DNA of 64,000 nt from NCBI GenBank assembly GCA_035541795.1, contig DATKMR010000019.1, positions 132,977 through 196,976 on the forward strand, in the 5' to 3' direction. The notes beneath the pieces were generated by a model. It saw only the letters and a program-made list of their open reading frames with translations, was not told where the DNA came from and searched no databases. The position numbers and the translations under genes are program-made. This document shows, in pieces, positions 10,370 to 18,918 of the stretch (the stretch's first letter is position 1; every line of letters starts with the position of its first letter). Source of the DNA: Bacteroidales bacterium. Lineage in GTDB: Bacteria; Bacteroidota; Bacteroidia; Bacteroidales; VadinHA17.

Positions 10370-10744
10370 ATGCAGCCAGTAAGGATTCAGCCGACAAAAA
10401 ACTCACCAGAGATAATCCTCGATCCGGCAGGTTATATCAAGATCAGGGGACGGTCAATTCATGAGAACGTGGCTGAGTTTTTCGAGCCGGTCGACAAATG
10501 GATCTCTTCATATATTATTCAACCCGCCGATCTTACATGCGTTGATGTAAACCTGGAATACTTCAACAGCGCAAGTGCAAAGATTTTTATTACCCTTTTT
10601 CAGAAGATAACAATGGTATCGCTTAAACATAAGAAGTTCAGGTTTAACTGGTATTATGAAGAGGGTGACGAGGATATTCTTGAAAGAGGAGAGTATTTTG
10701 CCACTGTACTCGATGTGCCGATCAATTTTATAAAAACAGCCTGA
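10370..10744 (+). CDS. DUF1987 (SiaC-like) domain protein
   Basis: 124 aa. The pattern ...KNSPEIILDPAGYIKIRGRSIHENVAEFFEPV..W...NLEYFNSASAKIF... matches my memory of the DUF1987/SiaC family signature. Confidence 0.6.
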   Translation: MQPVRIQPTKNSPEIILDPAGYIKIRGRSIHENVAEFFEPVDKWISSYIIQPADLTCVDVNLEYFNSASAKIFITLFQKITMVSLKHKKFRFNWYYEEGDEDILERGEYFATVLDVPINFIKTA

Positions 10745-10761
10745 CAGTTAATGCTGAAGTT

Positions 10762-12090
10762 TTACAGACTGATTTCTGTTCCGGTACCGGATTTTTTCTT
10801 CCTTTTGAAATATAGGTAAAATGGAAGTCCAAGCGCCAGGAATGCCGCCCCGATTTCCACGTGCAGAGGTTTCCTGATCCAGAGGTTGACCAAAAACCAT
10901 GCTACAATTCCTACAAAAATTGCCGGGGTAACAGGATATAAAGGCGTCTTGTACGGACGATGCCTGTCTTTCATTTTCAGCCTGAATACATAAATTGATG
11001 CCGCAGCCAGAGCAAAGAAGATCCATTCAATTGATACGGTGTAGGTTATCAGATCCTCAAATGTGCCCCAGAAAAGAAGGAGTACCACCGACCACACCGA
11101 CTGGGTTATTATGGCTACTATCGGAGTATGGAACTTCGGATGAACTCTTGCCAGGCTCCTGAAGAAAAGCCCGTCGCCGGCCATGGCATAATATATCCTT
11201 GGCGAGGTGAGCGTGTAGATCCCGATTGTTCCCAGGGTGCATACCGAAATAATGACCGCGACGAGCATTCCGCTCCAGGGGTAAATTGTACCTGTTGCCT
11301 CTGCTGCAACTTTCTGCGATACAGCTATGCTCTTTACCGGCAGAAGGAACAGATAGCTTATGTTTATAAGAATATAGACTACAATAACGAGCATGGAACC
11401 GACAGTCATTGCTACAGGTACGCTTTTCTCAGGGTTCCTTGCCTCACCGGCAAGATAGGAAGCATGCTGCCAGCCGCTGTAGGAAAAAAGCACACCTGTA
11501 AGAGCTACGCCAAAACCGGATAATGTGACCAGTCCGCCACTGGCATTTGACCCGAAGCTGAGATGTGAATTTCCAAATATCAGGCCGAGCAGAATAATAA
11601 TTGTTATTCCTGCAATCTTTAGGCCCGTGAACAGGTTGGAGAACATTTCCCCGAACTTGGCCCTGAGAACATTAAGGGTTGTAACCATGAAAATGACCAG
11701 TATGCTGGTAACGGTCCTGGCAGTTGCATCCATGGGGAACAGGAAGCTCAGGTAATAGGTAAAGGCTAGCGAAAGTACGGCAATAGATCCTGAGGTAATG
11801 ATCAGAAGGTAAGCCCATCCGTATAAAAATGCCATCCATTCTCCATAAGCATCACGGAGGTAAACGTAGATTCCTCCTGCATGGGGAAACATGCTACCCA
11901 TTTCGCTGAAGGTGAGAGCACCGGTAAGCGTTATTATGCCGCCGACAAGCCAAACTGCAAGAATAAACCATGAAGATGGGACAAGTGATGCAATCTGTGC
12001 AGGTGTCACAAATATTCCCGACCCGATGCACGATCCTATCGCGACCATGGTAAGTCCGTATGTGGTGAGCTCCCTGGCTAGTTTTGTCAC
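10762..12090 (-). CDS. APC-family amino acid permease
   Basis: 442 aa with about 12 predicted TM helices. N-terminal motif GSCIGSGIFVTPA is typical of APC transporters. Confidence 0.85.
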   Translation of the reverse strand: MTKLARELTTYGLTMVAIGSCIGSGIFVTPAQIASLVPSSWFILAVWLVGGIITLTGALTFSEMGSMFPHAGGIYVYLRDAYGEWMAFLYGWAYLLIITSGSIAVLSLAFTYYLSFLFPMDATARTVTSILVIFMVTTLNVLRAKFGEMFSNLFTGLKIAGITIIILLGLIFGNSHLSFGSNASGGLVTLSGFGVALTGVLFSYSGWQHASYLAGEARNPEKSVPVAMTVGSMLVIVVYILINISYLFLLPVKSIAVSQKVAAEATGTIYPWSGMLVAVIISVCTLGTIGIYTLTSPRIYYAMAGDGLFFRSLARVHPKFHTPIVAIITQSVWSVVLLLFWGTFEDLITYTVSIEWIFFALAAASIYVFRLKMKDRHRPYKTPLYPVTPAIFVGIVAWFLVNLWIRKPLHVEIGAAFLALGLPFYLYFKRKKKSGTGTEISL

Positions 12091-12111
12091 AGCTGTCGTT
12101 TTAAAACCTGG

Positions 12112-13038
12112 TCAGTAGGCCATAATCTGGCTTTTTTCCCTTCCTTCCCCTTTTATCCAGACCTTGTTGTAATATACCTCAATGACCGAATAGCTGTTCA
12201 CGGCATCTGTTTCGCACATCGCCTTAAGAGTGACAAAATGGGTAAGGTTCAGGTTGCCGTAATTACCTGAATGGTTGTGTCCGTTGAACCAGGCGATCAC
12301 ATTGTGGTGCTTGCCAAGGATCCCAAGTACTGATCTGTAATTAAGCAGGTTATGATCGTTTACCGGCCAGACCGGGAAATGACAGAAAAGCAAAACCTTC
12401 TGATGCGAGGATTCAGCGGCGGAAAGCTCATCATCAAGCCATACCATCTGGTCGGCCCCCAAGGCACCATTATGGTCAAGGCCGTTGGGTTCTCCCGATT
12501 TTTTAAGTTCGCCGATCATGGTGTTGGCCGCGTCAATTATCTTCTTGTTATGCGTGGAGTAGGTGCTGACTTCATTCCCGTTGAGGAATATAAACCTGAA
12601 CCCCTTATGTTCGACAGAATAATAACCTGTCTTATGGTCCTTTAGTGTCGGAATGGACCTGATCAGTTTCGGATCGATATAATAATCGTGGTTGCCGGTT
12701 ACGTGGTAAACCCTGAACCCTGACGAATCAAAAATCTGCATTAATGGCCTGAATGATTCAAAATTCCTGTCTATCAGGTCGCCAAGGTCAATGACAAAAT
12801 CTGTTTTTGCCGATCTGAATCCTTTCATCGCGGCACGCAGCTTGCTGATGGATGACCTGTAAAACCTTGAATCGGCCGGGTCACAGTCGCAGTACTGTAC
12901 ATCAGTCACCACACCAAAACTGAAGAGAGGCTTGCCCTGGTCAGATTCCTTCCTGGCAGAACTCCCCGTCCTGAGTAATAAAAATGATGAAAATACGGCG
13001 AAAAATAAAAGGGCAAATATTGTCCTCATATGCTTCAT
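12112..13038 (-). CDS. Secreted metallophosphoesterase (calcineurin-like)
   Basis: Signal peptide plus the ordered motifs VVTDVQY, GDLIDR, GNHD and GHNH. Confidence 0.8.
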   Translation of the reverse strand: MKHMRTIFALLFFAVFSSFLLLRTGSSARKESDQGKPLFSFGVVTDVQYCDCDPADSRFYRSSISKLRAAMKGFRSAKTDFVIDLGDLIDRNFESFRPLMQIFDSSGFRVYHVTGNHDYYIDPKLIRSIPTLKDHKTGYYSVEHKGFRFIFLNGNEVSTYSTHNKKIIDAANTMIGELKKSGEPNGLDHNGALGADQMVWLDDELSAAESSHQKVLLFCHFPVWPVNDHNLLNYRSVLGILGKHHNVIAWFNGHNHSGNYGNLNLTHFVTLKAMCETDAVNSYSVIEVYYNKVWIKGEGREKSQIMAY

Positions 13039-13101
13039 TTATGATCAAATGTACTGAAAAATAACATAATGATGCAGGCCACAGTGATCACCGACATTGA
13101 T

Positions 13102-13581
13102 CTATTCGGATCCATAGAAAGCCTCCCTGCCCGGATACCTGAATCTTCTTTTTGCTATTTCACCGGGATAAAGAAAAAATTGTGCCTCTGCCTCTGCGCA
13201 AAGTTTTTCCTGTCCGTCAAACATCCTGCAAAGTATCCTGGCCATCTTTTCACTTTTTTCAATTACTTCTGCCCTGATTGTAAGCTCGCCTTTATTGATA
13301 TAAACCGGTGCAAGGTATTTTATTCTGATCTCGGAGGTCACTCCTGCGGTCCCGACTTTGACAGAAACACACCAGCCGCCCGTCTCATCAAGAACAGAAG
13401 CAATGATGCCTCCGTGAAGTATGTTTGGATAGCCCTGGTAAAATTCTCCCGGCATCCATTTTGCCTCAATATATTCCTCTGTTTCAATAAAGCTGAGCCT
13501 GAGCCCTATAGGATTGGAAACACTGCATCCGAAGCATTTGTTCTGCTCCCTGTCGTAAGGGTTGTGTATTTTTCTATTCAT
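13102..13581 (-). CDS. PaaI-family hotdog-fold thioesterase
   Basis: Motif NILHGGIIASVLDETGG. I start the gene at MNRKIHNPY, whose ATG overlaps the upstream stop (ATGA). The longer ORF extension overlaps the DnaJ-like gene. Confidence 0.75.
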   Translation of the reverse strand: MNRKIHNPYDREQNKCFGCSVSNPIGLRLSFIETEEYIEAKWMPGEFYQGYPNILHGGIIASVLDETGGWCVSVKVGTAGVTSEIRIKYLAPVYINKGELTIRAEVIEKSEKMARILCRMFDGQEKLCAEAEAQFFLYPGEIAKRRFRYPGREAFYGSE

Positions 13582-14135
13582 CTTGCTTTCTTTTTTCTGG
13601 CTGTCTGAACGTAAGCTTTCAGGTAGATAAACGAAATGACAAACAGGATCATCCCAAATACAAGGAAGCAAACCAGAGCCCATATACTCGGATCCTCTAT
13701 TCCGGGAATGGGATGATGTATCCTGTAGAAATAGCCCGTAATGGCAATAATAAGAACCATTACAGAAATTGAAAGCGAAAAAATAATAGTGGTTCCGTCA
13801 AAAATCCTGGTCGATCTGTAGAATTTTGTGTTCCTGAATCTTACATATGTGGTCTGGGCATAGGCCCTTGCCCTTCGTCTTGAAGTGCTCTGACGGTATT
13901 TCCTCCAGTCGTTCATCGCCCTGTCGAACGATTCTTCATCGTGCGACATCCCAGGGGCATAGGTGAGGAGGAACTCGTATGCTTCTGTAACAAGAATGAA
14001 CTTGTCCTTTGCCTCAGGCGAAGGATTTATGTCGGGATGAAATTCACGGGCTTTTTTCCTGTATGCTTTTTTAATCTCATCCGTGCTGCATCCTCTTTGC
14101 AGTTCCAGTACATTATAATATTCGGTCGCTGTCAT
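13578..14135 (-). CDS. J-domain (DnaJ-like) membrane protein
   Basis: N-terminal J domain with HPD (YYNVLELQRGCSTDEIKKAYRKKAREFHPDINP) and two C-terminal TM helices. Confidence 0.8.
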   Translation of the reverse strand: MTATEYYNVLELQRGCSTDEIKKAYRKKAREFHPDINPSPEAKDKFILVTEAYEFLLTYAPGMSHDEESFDRAMNDWRKYRQSTSRRRARAYAQTTYVRFRNTKFYRSTRIFDGTTIIFSLSISVMVLIIAITGYFYRIHHPIPGIEDPSIWALVCFLVFGMILFVISFIYLKAYVQTARKKKAR

Positions 14136-14142
14136 CGTGCCC

Positions 14143-16257
14143 TTAGCTGATATTGCTCCATGAATGCCTTTTGCTGAAAAGCCTTCCGAGCTCTGCCCTC
14201 AGAATCATATTCTGCTCCTTCGCGAGTGGCGGGTCCTTGTCGAGGATGGAAGATGCAATATTCCTGACGTACTCTATTATCTGCCCGTCCTTGCCGAGGC
14301 TCGCTATCTTCAGATCGAAAGGAATACCGCTCTGCTGTGTACCTTCAAGATCGCCGGGCCCCCTTAGCTGCAGGTCGGTCTCTGCTATCTCAAAACCGTC
14401 ATTCGTCCTTACCATCACTTCCAGCCTCGCCGAAGCCTCCCTGGAGACTTTGTCGGGGCTCATAAGTATGCAGTATGACTGGTCGGCTCCCCTGCCTACT
14501 CTTCCCCTCAGCTGATGCAGCTGAGAGAGCCCGAACCGCTCTGCGCTTTCAATGACCATTACCGTGGCATTAGGTATGTCAACACCGACTTCAATGACGG
14601 TTGTCGCGACCATAATATGGGCCTGTTTTTCACGGAACAGGCGCATGGATATTTCCTTGTTGGCCGATGTCATCTTACCATGGACCACGCTGATGCAATA
14701 CTCCGGCGCTGGGAAGGCCGAAGAGATGATATCAAGGCCCTCATCCAGATTCTTGTAATCCATTTTCTCCGATTCGGTGATTAGCGGATATACGATGTAT
14801 ATTTGTCTTCCTTCCTTAATCTGGCTGCGCATAAATGCGAAGACCTTGTTCCTCTCCGAGTCGTTAAAATGCATCGTCTTTACAGGCACTCTTCCGGGAG
14901 GCAGCTCCGATATCACCGAAACATCCAGGTCGCCATAAAGCGTCATCGCCAGTGTCCTTGGAATTGGCGTTGCCGTCATGACGAGTATATGCGGAGGATT
15001 AATGTTTTTCTCCCATAGCTTTGCCCTTTGAGCAACTCCGAAACGGTGTTGCTCGTCAATTACCACCAGGCCAAGATTGGTAAATCTGACATTTTCCTCA
15101 ATAAGCGCATGCGTGCCGAGAAGGATAGAGGGTATCCCCGATAGAAGGCTTTCTTCAATTACCCGTCGGTCGCTCTTTTTTGTCGACCCGGTCAGGAGCA
15201 TGCATTTTATCCCCAGGCCCTGCAGGAATGTACTTACCGACCTGTGGTGCTGGATCGCAAGGATCTCGGTGGGTGCCATTATGCACGACTGGAACCCGTT
15301 ATCTGCAGCCAGCAGCATCGCCATGAGCGCCACAAGTGTTTTGCCGCTGCCTACATCCCCCTGCAGCAGGCGGTTCATCTGTTTCCCCGAACCGAGATCT
15401 TTCCTGATCTCCTTCATGACATTCTTCTGCGATTCTGTAAGCTTAAACGGGAGGTTCCTGAAATAGAAGTCATTGAAGAGCTGCCCGACCTTTCCGAATA
15501 TAAATCCTTTTGTGTGGATGTTCCGGTTGGCCTTGTATCTTAAGAGGTTAAGCTCTATATAAAACAACTCCTCGAACTTGAGCCTGTATCTTGCCTTCTC
15601 AAGTTCAGCCGTGTTTGCCGGGAAATGAATCCTGTTTATTGCTTCATGAAGACTCATCAGGTGATAGCCCGAGACAATATATGCCGGCAGGGTCTCGGGA
15701 AGCCTGAAATTGAGCTGCTTGAGCAGGTTACCGACCAGCCTGCTTATGAACCTGGAATTGAGAAAGCTTCCCCGCAGCTTCTCCGTTGTGCTGTACTGGG
15801 CCTGTAATGCTGAAGTTATCCTTGATTCCTGCTTTGATGTCTCCTCTATTTCAGGATGAATTATATTTATTGTACCGTTGAATATTCCGGGCTTGCCGAA
15901 AATGACAAACTCCTTGCCGGCAGGGTAGCTTCCCGGGATCCACCGGGTACCCTTGAACCACACGAGTTTAATCATTCCCGAATCGTCTGAAAACTCGGCA
16001 GTGAGCCTTTTTCCTGCTCCCTTACCTTCACTTTTATAGCCGTTAATTACACCTTTCAGCTGAATTGCAGGCATATCCGCGTCAAGTTCTTCAACCCTGT
16101 AAAACTTTGACCTGTCGATGTACTTGTATGGAAAATAATACAGTATATCCCTGAAGGTGCTGATATTTAACTCTTTTGAAAGAAGTTCAGCCCTTTTGGG
16201 ACCGACACCTGAAAGGAACTTGATGTCGGTATCGAGAATATCACTTAACTGAGGCAG
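14143..16257 (-). CDS. recG: ATP-dependent DNA helicase RecG (start codon uncertain)
   Basis: Wedge domain; Walker A GDVGSGKT; DEQH box (VVIDEQHRFG); motif VI QLHQLRGRVGRG. The conserved N-terminus ...DIKFLSGVGPKRAELLSKELNISTFRDILYYFPYKYIDRS is encoded at 16075-16230, upstream of the first canonical start (ATG 16074). Confidence 0.92.
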   Translation of the reverse strand: MPQLSDILDTDIKFLSGVGPKRAELLSKELNISTFRDILYYFPYKYIDRSKFYRVEELDADMPAIQLKGVINGYKSEGKGAGKRLTAEFSDDSGMIKLVWFKGTRWIPGSYPAGKEFVIFGKPGIFNGTINIIHPEIEETSKQESRITSALQAQYSTTEKLRGSFLNSRFISRLVGNLLKQLNFRLPETLPAYIVSGYHLMSLHEAINRIHFPANTAELEKARYRLKFEELFYIELNLLRYKANRNIHTKGFIFGKVGQLFNDFYFRNLPFKLTESQKNVMKEIRKDLGSGKQMNRLLQGDVGSGKTLVALMAMLLAADNGFQSCIMAPTEILAIQHHRSVSTFLQGLGIKCMLLTGSTKKSDRRVIEESLLSGIPSILLGTHALIEENVRFTNLGLVVIDEQHRFGVAQRAKLWEKNINPPHILVMTATPIPRTLAMTLYGDLDVSVISELPPGRVPVKTMHFNDSERNKVFAFMRSQIKEGRQIYIVYPLITESEKMDYKNLDEGLDIISSAFPAPEYCISVVHGKMTSANKEISMRLFREKQAHIMVATTVIEVGVDIPNATVMVIESAERFGLSQLHQLRGRVGRGADQSYCILMSPDKVSREASARLEVMVRTNDGFEIAETDLQLRGPGDLEGTQQSGIPFDLKIASLGKDGQIIEYVRNIASSILDKDPPLAKEQNMILRAELGRLFSKRHSWSNIS

Positions 16258-16290
16258 GGTCCTTGATTTTAATTGCTAACCGAAAATAAG

Positions 16291-16298
16291 TATTTTTG
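16291..16298 (+). promoter_or_regulatory. Putative Bacteroidota -7 promoter box TATTTTTG (TAnnTTTG) for the methyltransferase gene
   Basis: Exact TAnnTTTG match 33 nt upstream of the GTG start at 16331, in the divergent recG/methyltransferase spacer. Confidence 0.4.
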
Positions 16299-16330
16299 AA
16301 TTCCTTACCTAATATAATTTTCCGGAACTG

Positions 16331-17125
16331 GTGTTAAGCCGATATACAGTCATTAAATACCTGAAATACTGCCTGTTTTCATCACACAGGCGGGGACATG
16401 GGATCCATAGTCCTTTTCTTTTCTTCCTGATAAGCAAAGTTTTCAGGAATGAGCCTGTAATGACTTCATTTGATGCAGTTGAGAAGAGGCGAAAGCTACT
16501 GCTCTCCTCGGGGCGGATTATATCCGTAACCGATTTCGGTTCAGGGAGCGAAAGGAGGGGGGAGAGCTACTGCAGAACTATCTCTGGAATTACAAGAAGG
16601 TCATCAATTCCGCGTAAGTACGGCATCCTTTTGTATAAATTGTCGGCTGAATTCGGGAAAGGTTGCATCCTTGAACTGGGTACCTCGCTGGGTGTCGGAA
16701 CCATGTATCTTGCATCGGCCGACATCAATGCACAAATTCATACAGTTGAAGGCTGCCCAGCCATTTCTGAAATCGCGCGTGAAAACTTCAGTGCCTGCGG
16801 TTTTGATAACATAACCGTTCATACCGGAACATTCAGTGATGAACTAAAGAAATTTGAAGATTACGGTCTCCGTCCCGGACTCGTTTTTGTGGATGGCGAT
16901 CACCGGAAGGAAAGAGTCATGGAATACTTCGAACATCTCATTTGTCTTAGTGATGAGAACACGGTTATTGTCTTCGATGACATTCACAGCTCGAAAGACA
17001 TGGGTGAAGCCTGGATGCAGATCTGCCGCGATCGAAGGGTGAGCCTGTCGGTCGACATTTTCAGGATGGGAATTGTATTTTTCAGAAGGGGACTGACACC
17101 CTCATCATACGTGATAAGGTATTAA
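16331..17125 (+). CDS. Class I SAM-dependent methyltransferase (O-methyltransferase family 3-like)
   Basis: Motif I-like ILELGTSLGVGTMYLA and downstream LVFVDGDH. GTG start. Confidence 0.7.
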   Translation: MLSRYTVIKYLKYCLFSSHRRGHGIHSPFLFFLISKVFRNEPVMTSFDAVEKRRKLLLSSGRIISVTDFGSGSERRGESYCRTISGITRRSSIPRKYGILLYKLSAEFGKGCILELGTSLGVGTMYLASADINAQIHTVEGCPAISEIARENFSACGFDNITVHTGTFSDELKKFEDYGLRPGLVFVDGDHRKERVMEYFEHLICLSDENTVIVFDDIHSSKDMGEAWMQICRDRRVSLSVDIFRMGIVFFRRGLTPSSYVIRY

Positions 17126-17198
17126 CAAAAATTAATAGATATTAATACGGAATCTGATCAATTTAACCTAATTTCGGAAATTCTAAATTCAGCGCCCC

Positions 17199-17903
17199 AT
17201 GAGTAACAATGTTATTGAGATCCAGGATATAGTTAAGAATTACCAGGTCGGTTCCGTTATAGTAAGAGCTCTCAGGTCTCTCTCCCTGACCGTAGAGAAG
17301 AATGAATATGTGGCAATAATGGGCCCTTCAGGATCAGGAAAATCAACTCTTATGAATCTCATCGGGTGCCTCGACACACCAACAAGCGGAGTCTACAGGC
17401 TGAACAATACCGATGTGAGCAAAATGGAAGATAATATGCTTGCCGAGATCAGGAACAAGGAGATTGGCTTCATTTTTCAGACATTTAACCTTCTTCCAAG
17501 GTACACCGCCCTCGAGAATGTTACACTTCCCCTGATATATGCGGGTGTGCCGAAGTCTGACAGGGAGAAGCATGCAATAAATACTCTTGAACAGGTTGGG
17601 CTGGCCGACAGGATGACCCATAAGCCAAACGAACTTTCGGGTGGTCAGAGACAGAGGGTGGCTATTGCCAGGGCTCTGGTGAACAACCCTTCCATTATAC
17701 TTGCTGATGAGCCCACAGGAAACCTCGATTCCAAAACGTCGATCGACATCATGATGCTTCTCGACGAGATACACAAGAAAGGAAATACTGTTATTGTAGT
17801 TACCCATGAAGAAGACATAGCCAAGCACGCGGCAAGAATTGTAAGGCTTATCGACGGAACTATTGCTTCGGATATTAGGAACGAACAAAAAATCAGGTAT
17901 TAG
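17199..17903 (+). CDS. ABC transporter ATP-binding protein (MacB/LolD-like)
   Basis: Walker [11 protein letters not shown]-loop, signature LSGGQRQR, Walker B IILADEPT, and H-loop VTHE. Confidence 0.92.
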   Translation: MSNNVIEIQDIVKNYQVGSVIVRALRSLSLTVEKNEYVAIMGPSGSGKSTLMNLIGCLDTPTSGVYRLNNTDVSKMEDNMLAEIRNKEIGFIFQTFNLLPRYTALENVTLPLIYAGVPKSDREKHAINTLEQVGLADRMTHKPNELSGGQRQRVAIARALVNNPSIILADEPTGNLDSKTSIDIMMLLDEIHKKGNTVIVVTHEEDIAKHAARIVRLIDGTIASDIRNEQKIRY

Positions 17904-17953
17904 TACTTCCATATTTTCATACCTTCGGGTTCACAATTCAGATCAACGCCGAT

Positions 17954-18496
17954 ATGAAGATTTATACCCGTACAGGCGACGATGGTACCACCTCCGTTTC
18001 GGGGGGCAGGAGGATTCCAAAGCAACACGCAAAGATTGAGGCATATGGAACAGTCGATGAACTGATTTCATGGATTGGCCTGTTAAGATGTTCAGCCGCT
18101 GCCGTTGAGAGGAAAGAGATACTGGAGTATGTTCAGGGGGAGCTGATGTCGTGCGCAGCAGCACTTGCTCACGACCCATCAAAAAGGCAAAGCAGGCTTA
18201 TTTTGCCGGAAGATGCTTGTCTGACCTTTCTTGAGAAGGAGATAGACAGGATGGAGGAGAAGCTCCCGCCTCTGAATTCATTTATCCTGCCGGGGGGTGA
18301 TATCTTTTCATCATACTGCCATATTACCAGGTGTGTCTGCAGGCGTGCCGAAAGAGCCGTTCTCCGGCTTCATGAAAACGAAGAAACCCCGGAAATTGTG
18401 CGAAAATTCCTTAACCGTCTTTCGGATTACCTGTTTGTTCTTGCAAGGTTTAGTTGCTATGAGTCAGGTAATGAGGAGATTAAATGGACCATCTGA
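17954..18496 (+). CDS. PduO-type ATP:cob(I)alamin adenosyltransferase
   Basis: N-terminus MKIYTRTGDDGTTS...IEAYGTVDEL is the PduO-type signature. Confidence 0.88.
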   Translation: MKIYTRTGDDGTTSVSGGRRIPKQHAKIEAYGTVDELISWIGLLRCSAAAVERKEILEYVQGELMSCAAALAHDPSKRQSRLILPEDACLTFLEKEIDRMEEKLPPLNSFILPGGDIFSSYCHITRCVCRRAERAVLRLHENEETPEIVRKFLNRLSDYLFVLARFSCYESGNEEIKWTI

Positions 18497-18547
18497 GCCA
18501 GGGTAAATCTTGAAAGTACCTATTGTTTTTTTAAATGAAAATATTTC

Positions 18548-18555
18548 TATATTTG
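18548..18555 (+). promoter_or_regulatory. Putative -7 promoter box TATATTTG
   Basis: Exact TAnnTTTG match 37 nt upstream of the ATG at 18592. Confidence 0.4.
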
Positions 18556-18591
18556 CACACTTTAAGCAGGATTAAATAAATTCTTTATAAT

Positions 18592-18813
18592 ATGTACTGG
18601 ACACTTGAATTAGCATCAAAACTCGAAGATGCTCCGTGGCCTGCAACAAAAGATGAGCTTATCGATTATGCCATCAGGTCAGGTGCCCCACTTGAAGTGA
18701 TTGAAAATCTCCAGGAAATTGAAGATGAAGGAGATATCTATGAAAGCATCGAAGATATCTGGCCCGATTATCCAAGTAAGGATGACTTCTTTTTCAACGA
18801 AGACGAATATTAG
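18592..18813 (+). CDS. DUF2795 domain protein
   Basis: 73-aa acidic protein. ...WPATKDELIDYAIRSGAPLEVIENL... resembles DUF2795. Confidence 0.6.
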   Translation: MYWTLELASKLEDAPWPATKDELIDYAIRSGAPLEVIENLQEIEDEGDIYESIEDIWPDYPSKDDFFFNEDEY

Positions 18814-18814
18814 C

Positions 18815-18842
18815 AGGGTGTTTTGGAAGCACCCTTTTTTAT
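18815..18842 (+). terminator. Intrinsic terminator
   Basis: AGGGTG-N9-CACCCT followed by a T-run, directly after the stop codon. Confidence 0.6.
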
Positions 18843-18918
18843 TTCTGAAGTTAGCAGCTAAATATTTTACACTTGTTTAAAATCCCTGCCTTCGCCACGG
18901 GAAGGTGAAGCCTGCCGG

